Assembly: GCA_963803705.1 (NCBI GenBank)
Contig: CAWDNU010000004.1
Location: forward strand, 922,403 to 986,402
From: an uncultured Pseudobdellovibrionaceae bacterium
GTDB taxonomy: Bacteria; Bdellovibrionota; Bdellovibrionia; Bdellovibrionales; UBA1609
Length of the DNA stretch: 64,000 nucleotides
Direction of reading: 5' to 3'
The notes beneath the pieces were generated by a model. That model had not been told where the DNA came from, searched no databases, and saw only the letters and a program-made list of their open reading frames with translations. Within the stretch, counting starts at the first letter, position 1; each line of letters opens with the position of its first letter. This document shows positions 29,425-39,029 of the stretch, piece after piece. The position numbers were made by a program, and so were the translations under genes.

Positions 29425-31528
29425 CTAAAATAAACTGACTACGCTCCCATACCCCATCTCATGCTTGTCATATAAATATTGGGCTTGATAGGCACTTTGA
29501 CCAAAAACAGCTTTTACGCCAAGCACCTCATGTTTTTTAATTACACCAGGCTTAAACTCCGATAACAAACCAGAGAGGTAGTATCCAAAACCGGCAGTAG
29601 TTTGATGATCTTCCATAGTAATTAATCTTCCACCTGATCTGTCTAAAGATTGGATTATTGGAATAATGTCGACTAGGTTTAGACATAATGGGTTTAAAAT
29701 ATCTACTTCAATATTTTTGTCTGCCAAAGTGTCTGCAGCACGTATGGCTTGTTCCAACATTGAGCCGACAGCCACTATCGTTGCTTTAGGCTTATCACTT
29801 TTCTGTATCACCTGGGTTTTTAAAAGCTCATATCTGACTTTCAAACTATCAGAAAAACCATTGGTAAAATCTTTAGTTTTTTCAGAATCACCAGCAGTAA
29901 GCTTAGCTTGGGTCTAAACTTGCAGAATCTACAAACGAGGGTTTGAAATTTTCGCGACCTAAAAAGAAAATGTAAGAATATAACTGCTCGCCATTTTCCA
30001 TATTCACTTTATATTCTTCAATAGCATGAGAAATGGCCCAATAGGCCTGTTCTGAAGATGTTAGGGCAAAAACCTTGTTTCCTGGAATTGATGCCATCAT
30101 CGAAAAATAACTTAAAGCCTGATGGGAAGCTCCGTCAGCGGCATCTTGAAATCCTGTGTGTGAGAAAATAGCAATTACAGGGGCTTGTGACAGATTGCCC
30201 ATGGTGATTGGCAGCGCACCTTTGGTGACTCCAAATTGGGCGAATGTGTCTACAATTGGAATAATTCCGTTTTTGGCTAAACCTGAAGCAAGACTTATCA
30301 TATTAGATTCAGCCACCCCAATATCTAGGCTCGAATCAGGAAACTTCTTTCTAAAATCAGCCACCCCTGTTGAACCAGGAAGATCTGAGGTTACAGACAC
30401 AAGGGGGTAATTCTTTTCCTTATATTCAATAAGCGCTTTTGAAACTCCAACTTGAATTTTTTCAGCCTTTTGCTCATTCAGCCACAACCAATTTTTAGAC
30501 TTAAAAACGTAAGCATCGGACTTAGACTTATAGTTCTTCAAGTCTTCAATCCAAGATAAAAAATCTGCTGGAATATCAGTGTTTTGAAATATCTCGTCTA
30601 AAAAGGCACCTAAGTCTTCAGCTTTTTTAAGCGGAAACCCATGTCCGCCGCTTGCCGAATCCACTGAAACTTTGTGTCCAAACCCTTTTATAGTTTTAAA
30701 GTGTAAAGCCCAAGGCTGCTCGGCTGTCACATTTTCCAAAGCTTTTGAAATTTGAGTAAGACATGTCTTCAAATTATGTCCGTCATCGACTGTTATAACT
30801 TTCCAACCAAGTGCCGCTAAACTTTTAAAAGTGGGCTGCATCGAAAATGCATCTTCATCAATACGACCAGATAATTTGGTGTTGTTGTCACTAATGATCA
30901 TCACGAAAGGGTTTTGCCGACCCTGTTTTGCCATGCCGGGTATAGAAGCAAAAGCCTCTTTAGCTTCACCCTCCATGCATGCTCCGTCCGAAATCGTAAG
31001 CACAGTCGTCCTAGCTTTACCTAAAAGTTTGTCTGCTATAGCTAAGCCCTGAGCTTGTGCCACGGCTGAACCTAAAGGCCCATTTGATAACAACACACCC
31101 TCTGGAAACATGTGAAGTTCCCCATGCCCTGTAAGTTTGGAATCCAGTGCCCTAAAGGACCTAAGCGATTGAATATTGAGATCTGCAAAGCCGTAAAGGG
31201 CTTTTAAAGCATAGAGACCATTTTCACAATGGCCAGCGTCGTTCACTAAGTTGTAATTCTCGGTCCACTTTGTTTTTTGGTCTGAAAAAACATAACCAAA
31301 TAATGCTGAATTAATTTCAGTAAAGGCCGATGGTCCTCCAAAGTGACTTGCTGCGCCGCCTAAGACGGCCTGCATATCCATCAAAGCAATGAGGCCACGA
31401 ATATGAGGAGGACTCGCAAGTTTATAGTCGTTGCCGTCAACTTCGACATCAACTGCATATTGAGGAGAGCCAAAAGGCCCCTGATCAAGTTTTGAGGGAT
31501 ATTTTATTGGATGCGTTACAGACGACAT
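29425..31528 (-). pseudogene. Transketolase-family (TPP-dependent) gene split by a frameshift near 29905-29915
   Basis: GHCENG, GPLGS, SDGACMEG, GVAESNM, DGASHQ in 29903-31528; C-terminal domain (AVGSM, TMEDHQ, FGQSA) in another frame at 29425-~29912; ATG 31528 has a GGAG SD. Confidence 0.75.
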
Positions 31529-31538
31529 GCGTTCTCCT

Positions 31539-31717
31539 TTACGCCCTAGCTTCATAGCTCTGCTTTGAGGGCTATTACGCCCTAGCTTCATAGCTTTGCT
31601 TTGAGGGCTATTACGCCCTAGCTTCATAGCTTTGCTTTGAGGGCTATTACGCCCTAGCTTCACAGCTTTGCTTTGAGGGCACAATCCCCAAACTTCGCAG
31701 CTCCGCTTCTAGGGATA
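31539..31717. repeat. 36-bp tandem repeat x4 plus one degenerate copy, each unit a potential hairpin
   Basis: TTACGCCCTAGCTTCAYAGCTYTGCTTTGAGGGCTA at 31539, 31575, 31611, 31647; diverged unit 31683-31717; no spacers. Confidence 0.92.
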
Positions 31718-31809
31718 GTTTCATTTCTAGGGATGCCATAAATTTTTTCACTTTGAAACTCTTAACCAACACGTTAATATCCTTTTTTTAACCTGGTGAA
31801 TACCGATGC

Positions 31810-32862
31810 ATGGAGGATTCTTTGAATTCTAACTCGATGACGAATAAAAAAATGACTGATGCTGAACTGCAAGCTCTACCTAAGGTGGAATTACATCGCC
31901 ACTTGGAATTAGCCCTTAGAAAATCAACCATTCTAGAGATAGCACCTGGGCACGGTTTCGATATGAGCAAGCCTGGCGCATATGAGCATCATTTTATTAT
32001 TGAAGAGCCTATGAAGGATCTAGGAAGCGTGCTGCACAAGTTTCTAGACACTCAAAAGCTTCTTAGCACTCCCGAAATTTTGGAACGAGTGGCCTACGAA
32101 GCCTGCGAAGACGCAAGTCATGAGGGTATAAAAATTCTTGAGCTTCGTTATGCACCAACCTTTGTACAGCTAGATCACGATCTAAGCTTTGATGATATTC
32201 ATCAAGCCTTTGTGCGGGGCTGTAACCGGGCCGAAAAAGATCTTGGTATGGCTGTTGGCTTAATTTGTATCCTTCAGCGCATTTTAGGCGTCGAAGTCGC
32301 AAATAAAGTTACTGACTTTGCTATCGCCAACAAAGACACCTTCATAGGCTTAGACTTGGCTGACAACGAAGTTGGTTTCGAAGCAAAACCTTATGGACCT
32401 TGTTTTCAAAAGGCTAAAGCTGCTGGTCTAAATATCACGGTTCATGCTGGTGAAGCCTCAGAGCCTGATTCTGAACAGAATGTTATTGTCTCTATCGATG
32501 AATTAGGTGCCTCTAGAATCGGACACGGTATTCAAATTATCAGAAACGAAAAAGTTTTAAAATATGTCGTAGATCAAGGCATCGTTTTAGAGGTCTGCCC
32601 CAAAAGTAACCTGTTAACCTCTGCCATTTTATCTTATGATCAGCATCCAATTAATGCCTTAAGAGATAAAGGCGTTAAGATAACTGTAAATAGCGATGAC
32701 CCAGGCATTTTTGAGTCCAGCTTGTTGGTGGAATATCGAATTTTAGAAGAACATTTAGGATGGACTGAAAAAGATTTTGTTGCGGCGAATGATATTGCGG
32801 CTAGTGCCAGCTTTATCTCAGATTCTAAAAAAGAAAGAGTTTGGCCCAGTCTGAAAAATTGA
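31810..32862 (+). CDS. add: Adenosine deaminase
   Basis: LPKVELHRHLE, ELRYAP, TVHAGE, RIGHG, EVCPKSN, NSDDP. Confidence 0.93.
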   Translation: MEDSLNSNSMTNKKMTDAELQALPKVELHRHLELALRKSTILEIAPGHGFDMSKPGAYEHHFIIEEPMKDLGSVLHKFLDTQKLLSTPEILERVAYEACEDASHEGIKILELRYAPTFVQLDHDLSFDDIHQAFVRGCNRAEKDLGMAVGLICILQRILGVEVANKVTDFAIANKDTFIGLDLADNEVGFEAKPYGPCFQKAKAAGLNITVHAGEASEPDSEQNVIVSIDELGASRIGHGIQIIRNEKVLKYVVDQGIVLEVCPKSNLLTSAILSYDQHPINALRDKGVKITVNSDDPGIFESSLLVEYRILEEHLGWTEKDFVAANDIAASASFISDSKKERVWPSLKN

Positions 32863-32913
32863 CTATAACAACCTTCATAGTGGAACTATGTTACATGCGT
32901 CAAAAAGGAGTAT

Positions 32914-33666
32914 GTGTTGGAACGAATATTGGATCCTAATCACTCTAAGTCTAAAGGCACCGTAACAAAATCAATCCAATCAAACTCAACTGAAAAAAGT
33001 TCAACTCAATTTAATTTTACTGAACCAAGTTTTGATACGGATCTAAAAATGGACCTGCCCAATAGGAAACAAACACATATTGCAAGAAAGCTCTGGCACG
33101 TAATAGGCGTTGGTGCTGTGACGTTATTATTTTATATACTTCCTTACAATGTATCGATTGGTTTGGTCAGTGGCTTTTCGATTTTGTTTATTGGTTTAGA
33201 TCTTTTAAGATTTAAGGTTCCCGTTTTTAAAAGATTTGTCACAAAGATTATGTTTCTTTTTATACGCAAAGAAGAGCTTCAAAAACCCACTGGCCTAAGT
33301 TATATGTGCTTAGGTTTTTGGTTACTTATGATCTTTTGTGATGAAGACGTGGCCTTGCTTACAATGCTGTTTGTGATGCTAGGCGATCCTATTGCAGCTT
33401 ATGTTGGAATAAATTACGGAAGAGATAAAATTGGAGATAAAACTGTTCAGGGTTTCTTAGCTTGTTTTGCAGTCTGTGCAATTATTTCATTAGTATTTTT
33501 GACTGTAAACGATTTCAACATGTCCCGAGTTATCTACGTCAGCTTACTTGCGGCTTTAATCGGAAGCGGTTCAGAGCTAGTTCAAATTAAGAGGATTGAT
33601 GATAATCTTTCGATGCCTGTGATTAGCGGACTGTTATTGACTTTGTTATTCGCCCTTACTGCCTAA
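32914..33666 (+). CDS. Polyprenol/diacylglycerol kinase family membrane protein (CTP-dependent, dolichol/phytol kinase-like)
   Basis: RKLWH, GDPIAAYVG..YG, KTVQG, DDNLSMP. Confidence 0.8.
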   Translation: MLERILDPNHSKSKGTVTKSIQSNSTEKSSTQFNFTEPSFDTDLKMDLPNRKQTHIARKLWHVIGVGAVTLLFYILPYNVSIGLVSGFSILFIGLDLLRFKVPVFKRFVTKIMFLFIRKEELQKPTGLSYMCLGFWLLMIFCDEDVALLTMLFVMLGDPIAAYVGINYGRDKIGDKTVQGFLACFAVCAIISLVFLTVNDFNMSRVIYVSLLAALIGSGSELVQIKRIDDNLSMPVISGLLLTLLFALTA

Positions 33667-33700
33667 TAGCCCCTAGGCAAATCACAAAATCCGAGTTATT

Positions 33701-33953
33701 TAAGATTTTATATTTAGTTGAGCTGTGTTTTAGTTTTAACTTTAATTATATAAGCATTCAAAAACGAGCTCTTTGGCGTGCAGGCTTGCCTAGAAATACA
33801 CAGACTGGGGCAACCCAATATATTGTTAAAAGATGGTTTCTTTAAGCTACCAAAATTTTTGCAAGCCAAGTGCCAATGTATGACCGAGCTTTTTGAATGC
33901 TTATATAATTAAAGTTAAAACTAAAATAAAGCTCAGTTAAATATAAAATCTTA
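33701..33953 (+). repeat. Long fold-back element, copy 2
   Basis: 64-bp arms 33701-33764 / 33890-33953 (4 mismatches) around a 125-nt loop CGAGCTCTTTGGCGTGCAGGCTTGC ... GCAAGCCAAGTGCCAATGTATGACCGAGC. Confidence 0.95.
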
Positions 33954-33970
33954 CATAGCGGGTTGAAATT

Positions 33971-34957
33971 ATGAATATTGGTATTTTAGGTGCTACAGGT
34001 CTGGTGGGACAAACTTTTTTGGATTTACTGCAGGAAAGCTCGCTTCAGTTTGATGAGCTTTTACTTTTTGCTTCGGAAAAGAGCAGGGGTCAAATTATAA
34101 AATTTAAAGATAAAGATCTAACTGTTGATGTCTTGAGTGAACAACACTTAGAAAATTTAGACTTGTTGTTCATTGCAACTGGCAACGAGTTAAGTGAGCA
34201 ATGGTCCCCTATTGCGGTTAAAAACAAATGTTATGTAATTGACAATTCATCTGCTTTTCGCATGCACCCTGAATGTGCCTTGGTTGTTCCAGAAGTGAAT
34301 TTTGATGCCATTGAGGCTGGCAAAGTACAAATCATTGCCAATCCGAACTGTTCAACTATACAGCTGACTTTACCTTTAAAAGCTTTAGCCGATGATTTTC
34401 AAATTCGAAGTGTAAAAGTGGCATCTTACCAGTCTGTTAGTGGTGCAGGCAAAGAGGCTCAACAAGAACTGTTAGATCAAAGCATAAAACCTGATGATAA
34501 TCATAAACCGGTGATGTTTACTCACCCGATAGCTTTTAACAGTATTCCTCAAATTGGTAGTTTCTTAGATGATGGTTTTTGCACAGAAGAAGACAAGATC
34601 ATGCAAGAGACTCGAAAGATTCTAAATCTTCCAAACTTAAATATTAGTGCATTTACAGTTAGGGTGCCTAGCCTAAATGGACACGCCGAAGTTATGTGGA
34701 TCGAGCTGGACAGAACTGTCTCAAAACCAGAAATTTTAAATTCATTATCTAAGATCGAAAACTTGGTTGTTTCGGAAGATGGATACCATGTAGTGCGTGA
34801 AATATCCGGAAAAAAAGAGGTCTTTGTAGGGCGTATCCATCAGGACCGTTTCAATCCCGACACGTGGATTATGTGGGTTGTTGCGGACAACTTACTTAAA
34901 GGGGCCGCATGGAACGCCCTTCAAATTGCAGAGTTGCTTTTCAAGCCGAAGTCTTAG
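33971..34957 (+). CDS. asd: Aspartate-semialdehyde dehydrogenase
   Basis: GATGLVG, IDNSSAFRM, ANPNCST, YQSVSGAG, DNLLKGAA. Confidence 0.97.
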   Translation: MNIGILGATGLVGQTFLDLLQESSLQFDELLLFASEKSRGQIIKFKDKDLTVDVLSEQHLENLDLLFIATGNELSEQWSPIAVKNKCYVIDNSSAFRMHPECALVVPEVNFDAIEAGKVQIIANPNCSTIQLTLPLKALADDFQIRSVKVASYQSVSGAGKEAQQELLDQSIKPDDNHKPVMFTHPIAFNSIPQIGSFLDDGFCTEEDKIMQETRKILNLPNLNISAFTVRVPSLNGHAEVMWIELDRTVSKPEILNSLSKIENLVVSEDGYHVVREISGKKEVFVGRIHQDRFNPDTWIMWVVADNLLKGAAWNALQIAELLFKPKS

Positions 34958-34962
34958 ATCAT

Positions 34963-36654
34963 ATGACTATGGCCTTTAGTCGATGCACAATTCCTATTTT
35001 TGGCATTTTGTTTTTTGGCTGCAACTATCTAAGGCTGCGATTGTTTTAAATTCTACCCAGATTGGCGGCGCTTCTGGTCAGCTGCTACTCACCGATACCC
35101 AGTGGCGCGTTTACGGAAGCTTTTTAGGACCTAGAAGGATCCGTCGATATTGGATAACCCTACTTTTGATAGCTGTGCGATTGCGCCTGGCGCTGGCGGA
35201 GTTTTTGTCAGGCTGTAACCGTAGGCGGGTGATGGGGGACTCTATCTTGACTGTGTCATTTTCTGAAGATACTCAATTCACTGGCCAAGTGCTTCCAATA
35301 GCCTACTTTAAAGATGCGATGCAGTGACTCCTGAGCTTTTCCAGTGGCGAACCCGGCACCCGGTTCCGCCTAGGTAGTCAGTATCAGGTTCAAGTTCCAT
35401 GGCGAGAATTGTGTGAAGAAGCTGGCGGAGTAATTGGTAGACTACTCTGATGCATGCAAGCACGTTGAATCTAACAAATTCAGCAGAGGCATGCATAGAT
35501 ACCGCACCGGGGCACCGTTCAATGAGAACCTTCAGATTGGTGTCGGGGTGCAAGGCAATGGGTCTCAATTCGCCGTTACCGAAATTGTAATCGATTTATC
35601 TTTTGTCAACACCGCTCAGTAGTTTGGTGCTTTTTTGCAACCTAGTCTACAGGCGGTCCGGCAGTACAGGGTGTGACGGCTTTGAAAATACACCCTTTTG
35701 TGACTGAAGTTTCAGGGAATGGATACTGGAACCTCATCAATGGCGACTCGATGAGTACACAAGGTTTTTGCGACTATAAACTGATTCCAGGTGATGATAA
35801 AATTCGAGTCGAAACTAACTCTTCTATTGTAAACAACTTATCAATTTATTCGGGCACTCACACAATTGGTAACTCAAGCGCCCCTTTCACAGGCTTCATT
35901 TTATTTTTGGCTGATGGCGTCGATGACCTTGGGGCGACAATAGGTTTTGAAGAAACTAACCCTTGGTTAGCTGATGGCTCAGTGACTAATCTATTTAATA
36001 CCGCCGGCAACACTTCAAGCGGATTTGAAAAGTCAGATACTGACTTCTTCGATAATTCAAAATGATCAAGTCGTAGCTTTCACGAATGGCAACTTTGGAC
36101 GAGGCTGGAAATATCACTCATCTTTTTAGTACCGAAGTTATTAACACCAACTGCGGTACTGGTTTGCCACCAGTTTATGGAACTCCAGGATCTTACCTGA
36201 TACTACTGCGGGAGTGCTTTGTAAGGATGGTATCTGCCCTCCAGTTCCCCCACCTCCTTACTTAGGACGTTGTCCTTACGCAACGACACCTAGCTTAGTG
36301 ACCGGTTTACTTTCTGAAGACATTAACTGTTTTGTCGCAACGGCGCTGAAAGGTTCGCCTTACAATTATCAAGTTTTGACTTTGAGAAAATTTAGAAACC
36401 GCTTTTTAAAGTCTTTTTTTTTAGGTCAAAAATTTGTTAATGGCTATTATGTATACGGCCCTAAAGCTGCTAGGTGGTTAAATAAAAATCCAAATTTTAA
36501 GCCAGTATTTCAAGTTATGCTTTGGCCTGTCTATTTAGTCGCATTGATGTTTAACACCTTCGGAGCTTTACTGGGTCTAGTTTTTGGATCTTTTATTTTA
36601 CTGTCACCCCTACTTTTTTTGAATTTACGACGTAAGACTTTTAATAAAATATAA
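34963..36654 (+). pseudogene. Multiply frameshifted surface protein ending in a CFI-box-CTERM-like sorting domain
   Basis: + strand fragments 34983-35327, 35434-35622, 35673-36065, 36214-36654; the first is signal-like, the last has CFVATA..GS....V..LRKFRNRFL....GQKFV..YY..GP plus TM and basic tail. Confidence 0.65.
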
Positions 36655-36673
36655 AACCAAGCTAAGATAGTTT

Positions 36674-37825
36674 ATGAGCTTTTTCATTTTAATTTTATCG
36701 ACAACTTTGAAGCCAACAGTTCAAAGAACCAAAGCTTTAATCTACAAAATTTTTAAGCAGCAAAGATTCAATCACCTGACTTATATCTTTGTCTTTTCAC
36801 TTTTTATGATCTTAAATACAGGCTTAGTCTTTGCCCAGACAAATGATGATCTGTTTGATCAAATGGGCTCAAATTCGAAAAGTAATTCTAATGGTAACAA
36901 TGAGAACTCAGATTCATATCTAAGCGACGATACCCCATTCACCACAGAACTAGATGCTGATCTTAAAGATACTGATGGCGGCGACCTGAAGGCCCTTGAA
37001 AAACCAATTCCTAGAAACTTTGAAGGTAGTAGAAATAACTTTGTTAATGATAACGAAATAACCGATGACGTTAAATCTCTTCAAGGTCCTAATAAAAAAA
37101 GCAATTCTAAGCGAGTCAAATTTATTAAACATCCTGGTCAAAAACAAGGGTTATATAAGATCTCTGCAGATGGGAAGTATTACTATAAAGTAGAAGAGAG
37201 CAAACAAAAGTATGGTCTTGGGATCAAGGGCGGCGCCGTGGTCCTAAACCAGCTTAAAAATTTGGACACAGGTGTTAGCTTTAACGATCTATATGGCGGT
37301 GGTGCTAAAGGGGCTTTTTTTCTTGAGTACTATTGGTCTTATTTTAAAGACAAAAATGTTCCTAATATTTTAAAAAAAGCTAGGGTCAAATTTGGCTCTG
37401 GTCTTTTATTAGCTTCCGGCACAGGAACCTTTAGTGATCCAAATCTCGTTGGAATCGATCCTCAAGAAAGTTACACTTTTTTGGCGTTCCCGAATCACTT
37501 AGGTCTTCATTTAAGTTTTGAATTTAAGGGAAAACAGCTGATTGTGCCCTTTATAACTGGAGCTATGGAGTATTTAGTTGGCTTAGAGCTACAAGGTGGT
37601 AATTTCTCTAGAACCAAATTTTTAGGTCAACTGGGCGCACATTTTGGAGGTGGATTTGCCCTAAGCTTGGGCTGGTTAGACGAGGCCGCCAAATTCGATT
37701 TAGATTCGGAATTCGGAATAAACCAAACCTATTTAACTTTTGAGCTTCGTCAAAACATCGCTATTCAACAGGACTTTGATTTCACCGCCACATTCCTGAA
37801 TGTCGGCCTTCAGTTAGAGTTTTAA
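36674..37825 (+). CDS. Putative outer-membrane beta-barrel protein
   Basis: Signal-like segment ...GLVFA; alternating beta-strand pattern; C-terminal beta-signal NVGLQLEF; true start may be internal. Confidence 0.7.
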   Translation: MSFFILILSTTLKPTVQRTKALIYKIFKQQRFNHLTYIFVFSLFMILNTGLVFAQTNDDLFDQMGSNSKSNSNGNNENSDSYLSDDTPFTTELDADLKDTDGGDLKALEKPIPRNFEGSRNNFVNDNEITDDVKSLQGPNKKSNSKRVKFIKHPGQKQGLYKISADGKYYYKVEESKQKYGLGIKGGAVVLNQLKNLDTGVSFNDLYGGGAKGAFFLEYYWSYFKDKNVPNILKKARVKFGSGLLLASGTGTFSDPNLVGIDPQESYTFLAFPNHLGLHLSFEFKGKQLIVPFITGAMEYLVGLELQGGNFSRTKFLGQLGAHFGGGFALSLGWLDEAAKFDLDSEFGINQTYLTFELRQNIAIQQDFDFTATFLNVGLQLEF

Positions 37826-38098
37826 GATTTTATATTTAATTTAAGTTTCAACTTTAATTTTAACTTTGATAGGCCTTCAAAAAGCTCAGTCATACTTTGG
37901 CATTTGGCTTGCAAAAACTTTGGTAGTGTTACAGATCCGTCCTTTAAGAAAATTTTGGAGTTTCATAGTTAAGTTAATTTGAGGCAAGCCTGCATGCCAA
38001 AGAGCTCGTTTTTGAAAGCCTATCAAAGTTAAAATTAAAGTTGAAACTTAAAATAAAACTTAAATTAAATATAAAATCTTAAAACTCTAACTGAAGGC
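37806..38098 (-). repeat. Long fold-back element, copy 3 (opposite orientation)
   Basis: Arms 37806-37883 / 38009-38098 (one mismatch, one 12-nt insertion) around a 125-nt loop; minus strand reads CGAGCTCTTTGGCATGCAGGCTTGC ... GCAAGCCAAATGCCAAAGTATGACTGAGC. Confidence 0.95.
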
Positions 38099-38150
38099 TT
38101 ATTAACTGGTGGCTATCAATTTAGTCAAAGTCTGATATACAAAATCAGTT

Positions 38151-38921
38151 ATGAGAATTCGTTTAGATCTAACTTATAAGGGCACTAAGTATTTTGGGTG
38201 GCAGCGACAGCCTGATAAACCCACAATTCAAGAAGAGTTGGAAAAAGCTTTAAGTAGGCTTTTCAGTTCCACATTTAAAACTCAAGGATCTGGCCGCACA
38301 GATGCTGGCACGCACGCCTATCACCAAGTAGTAGACTTCGAATTAAGCCAGCCTATGGAGCATTTCGACATCCTGAAAGGTGTAAACAGATACCTACCCC
38401 GTGACATTAGGGTGAAGCATGTGTTTGTTGTTCCAGATAGTTTCAATAGCTTAAGGAGTGCTACTTCCAAGACCTATCTTTATAAAATTGACAATAACTA
38501 TTTCGCAGATCCCTTAAAATCTGAGCTCACTTATTGGGTGCCTAGTCCGCTTAATTTAGAATATTTGAATAAAATCACCTCTCCTTTGATCGGCGTGCAT
38601 GATTTTTCATCATTTCAAACTACCGGTACGCCACTTCACACAAGCGTTAGACAGGTGTTTGAAGCTATCTGGTTTAGTGGACCCGATTCAGAGGTTTGGT
38701 TCAAGATATCCGGAAATGGTTTTTTAAAGCAGATGGTAAGAAATATTGTCGGAACCTTGCTAGATGGCCACTGGAAATCACAGCATACGCCTGAAACGAT
38801 TCAAAAAATAATACGATCGGAATCTCGTCAGAGCGCAGGTGGTACAGCCCCAGCCCACGGATTGTATTTATATGAAGTTAAATACCCTTCAGACCTTGAC
38901 AAGAAATGCCTAAAATCTTAA
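38151..38921 (+). CDS. truA: tRNA pseudouridine(38-40) synthase
   Basis: YFGWQRQ, GSGRTDAGTHA, HDFSSF, GFLKQMVR, TAPAHGL. Confidence 0.96.
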   Translation: MRIRLDLTYKGTKYFGWQRQPDKPTIQEELEKALSRLFSSTFKTQGSGRTDAGTHAYHQVVDFELSQPMEHFDILKGVNRYLPRDIRVKHVFVVPDSFNSLRSATSKTYLYKIDNNYFADPLKSELTYWVPSPLNLEYLNKITSPLIGVHDFSSFQTTGTPLHTSVRQVFEAIWFSGPDSEVWFKISGNGFLKQMVRNIVGTLLDGHWKSQHTPETIQKIIRSESRQSAGGTAPAHGLYLYEVKYPSDLDKKCLKS

Positions 38922-39029
38922 TTGTTTTACTCTTAACTTAAAAATCCATTAGCGAAATAAGATAAGTAAAATTGGAAAAAGTACATTTAGACAGGCGAAA
39001 CAAAAAAGCCTAAGGCATAGGGATTATTT

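Noticed and set aside
31529..31684. Repetitive N-terminal extension of the transketolase in the ORF track
   Set aside because: It derives from the tandem repeat; ATG 31528 has its own GGAG SD and is the more plausible start.
31539..31717. CRISPR array
   Set aside because: The 36-bp units are directly adjacent with no unique spacers, and there are no cas genes in the window.
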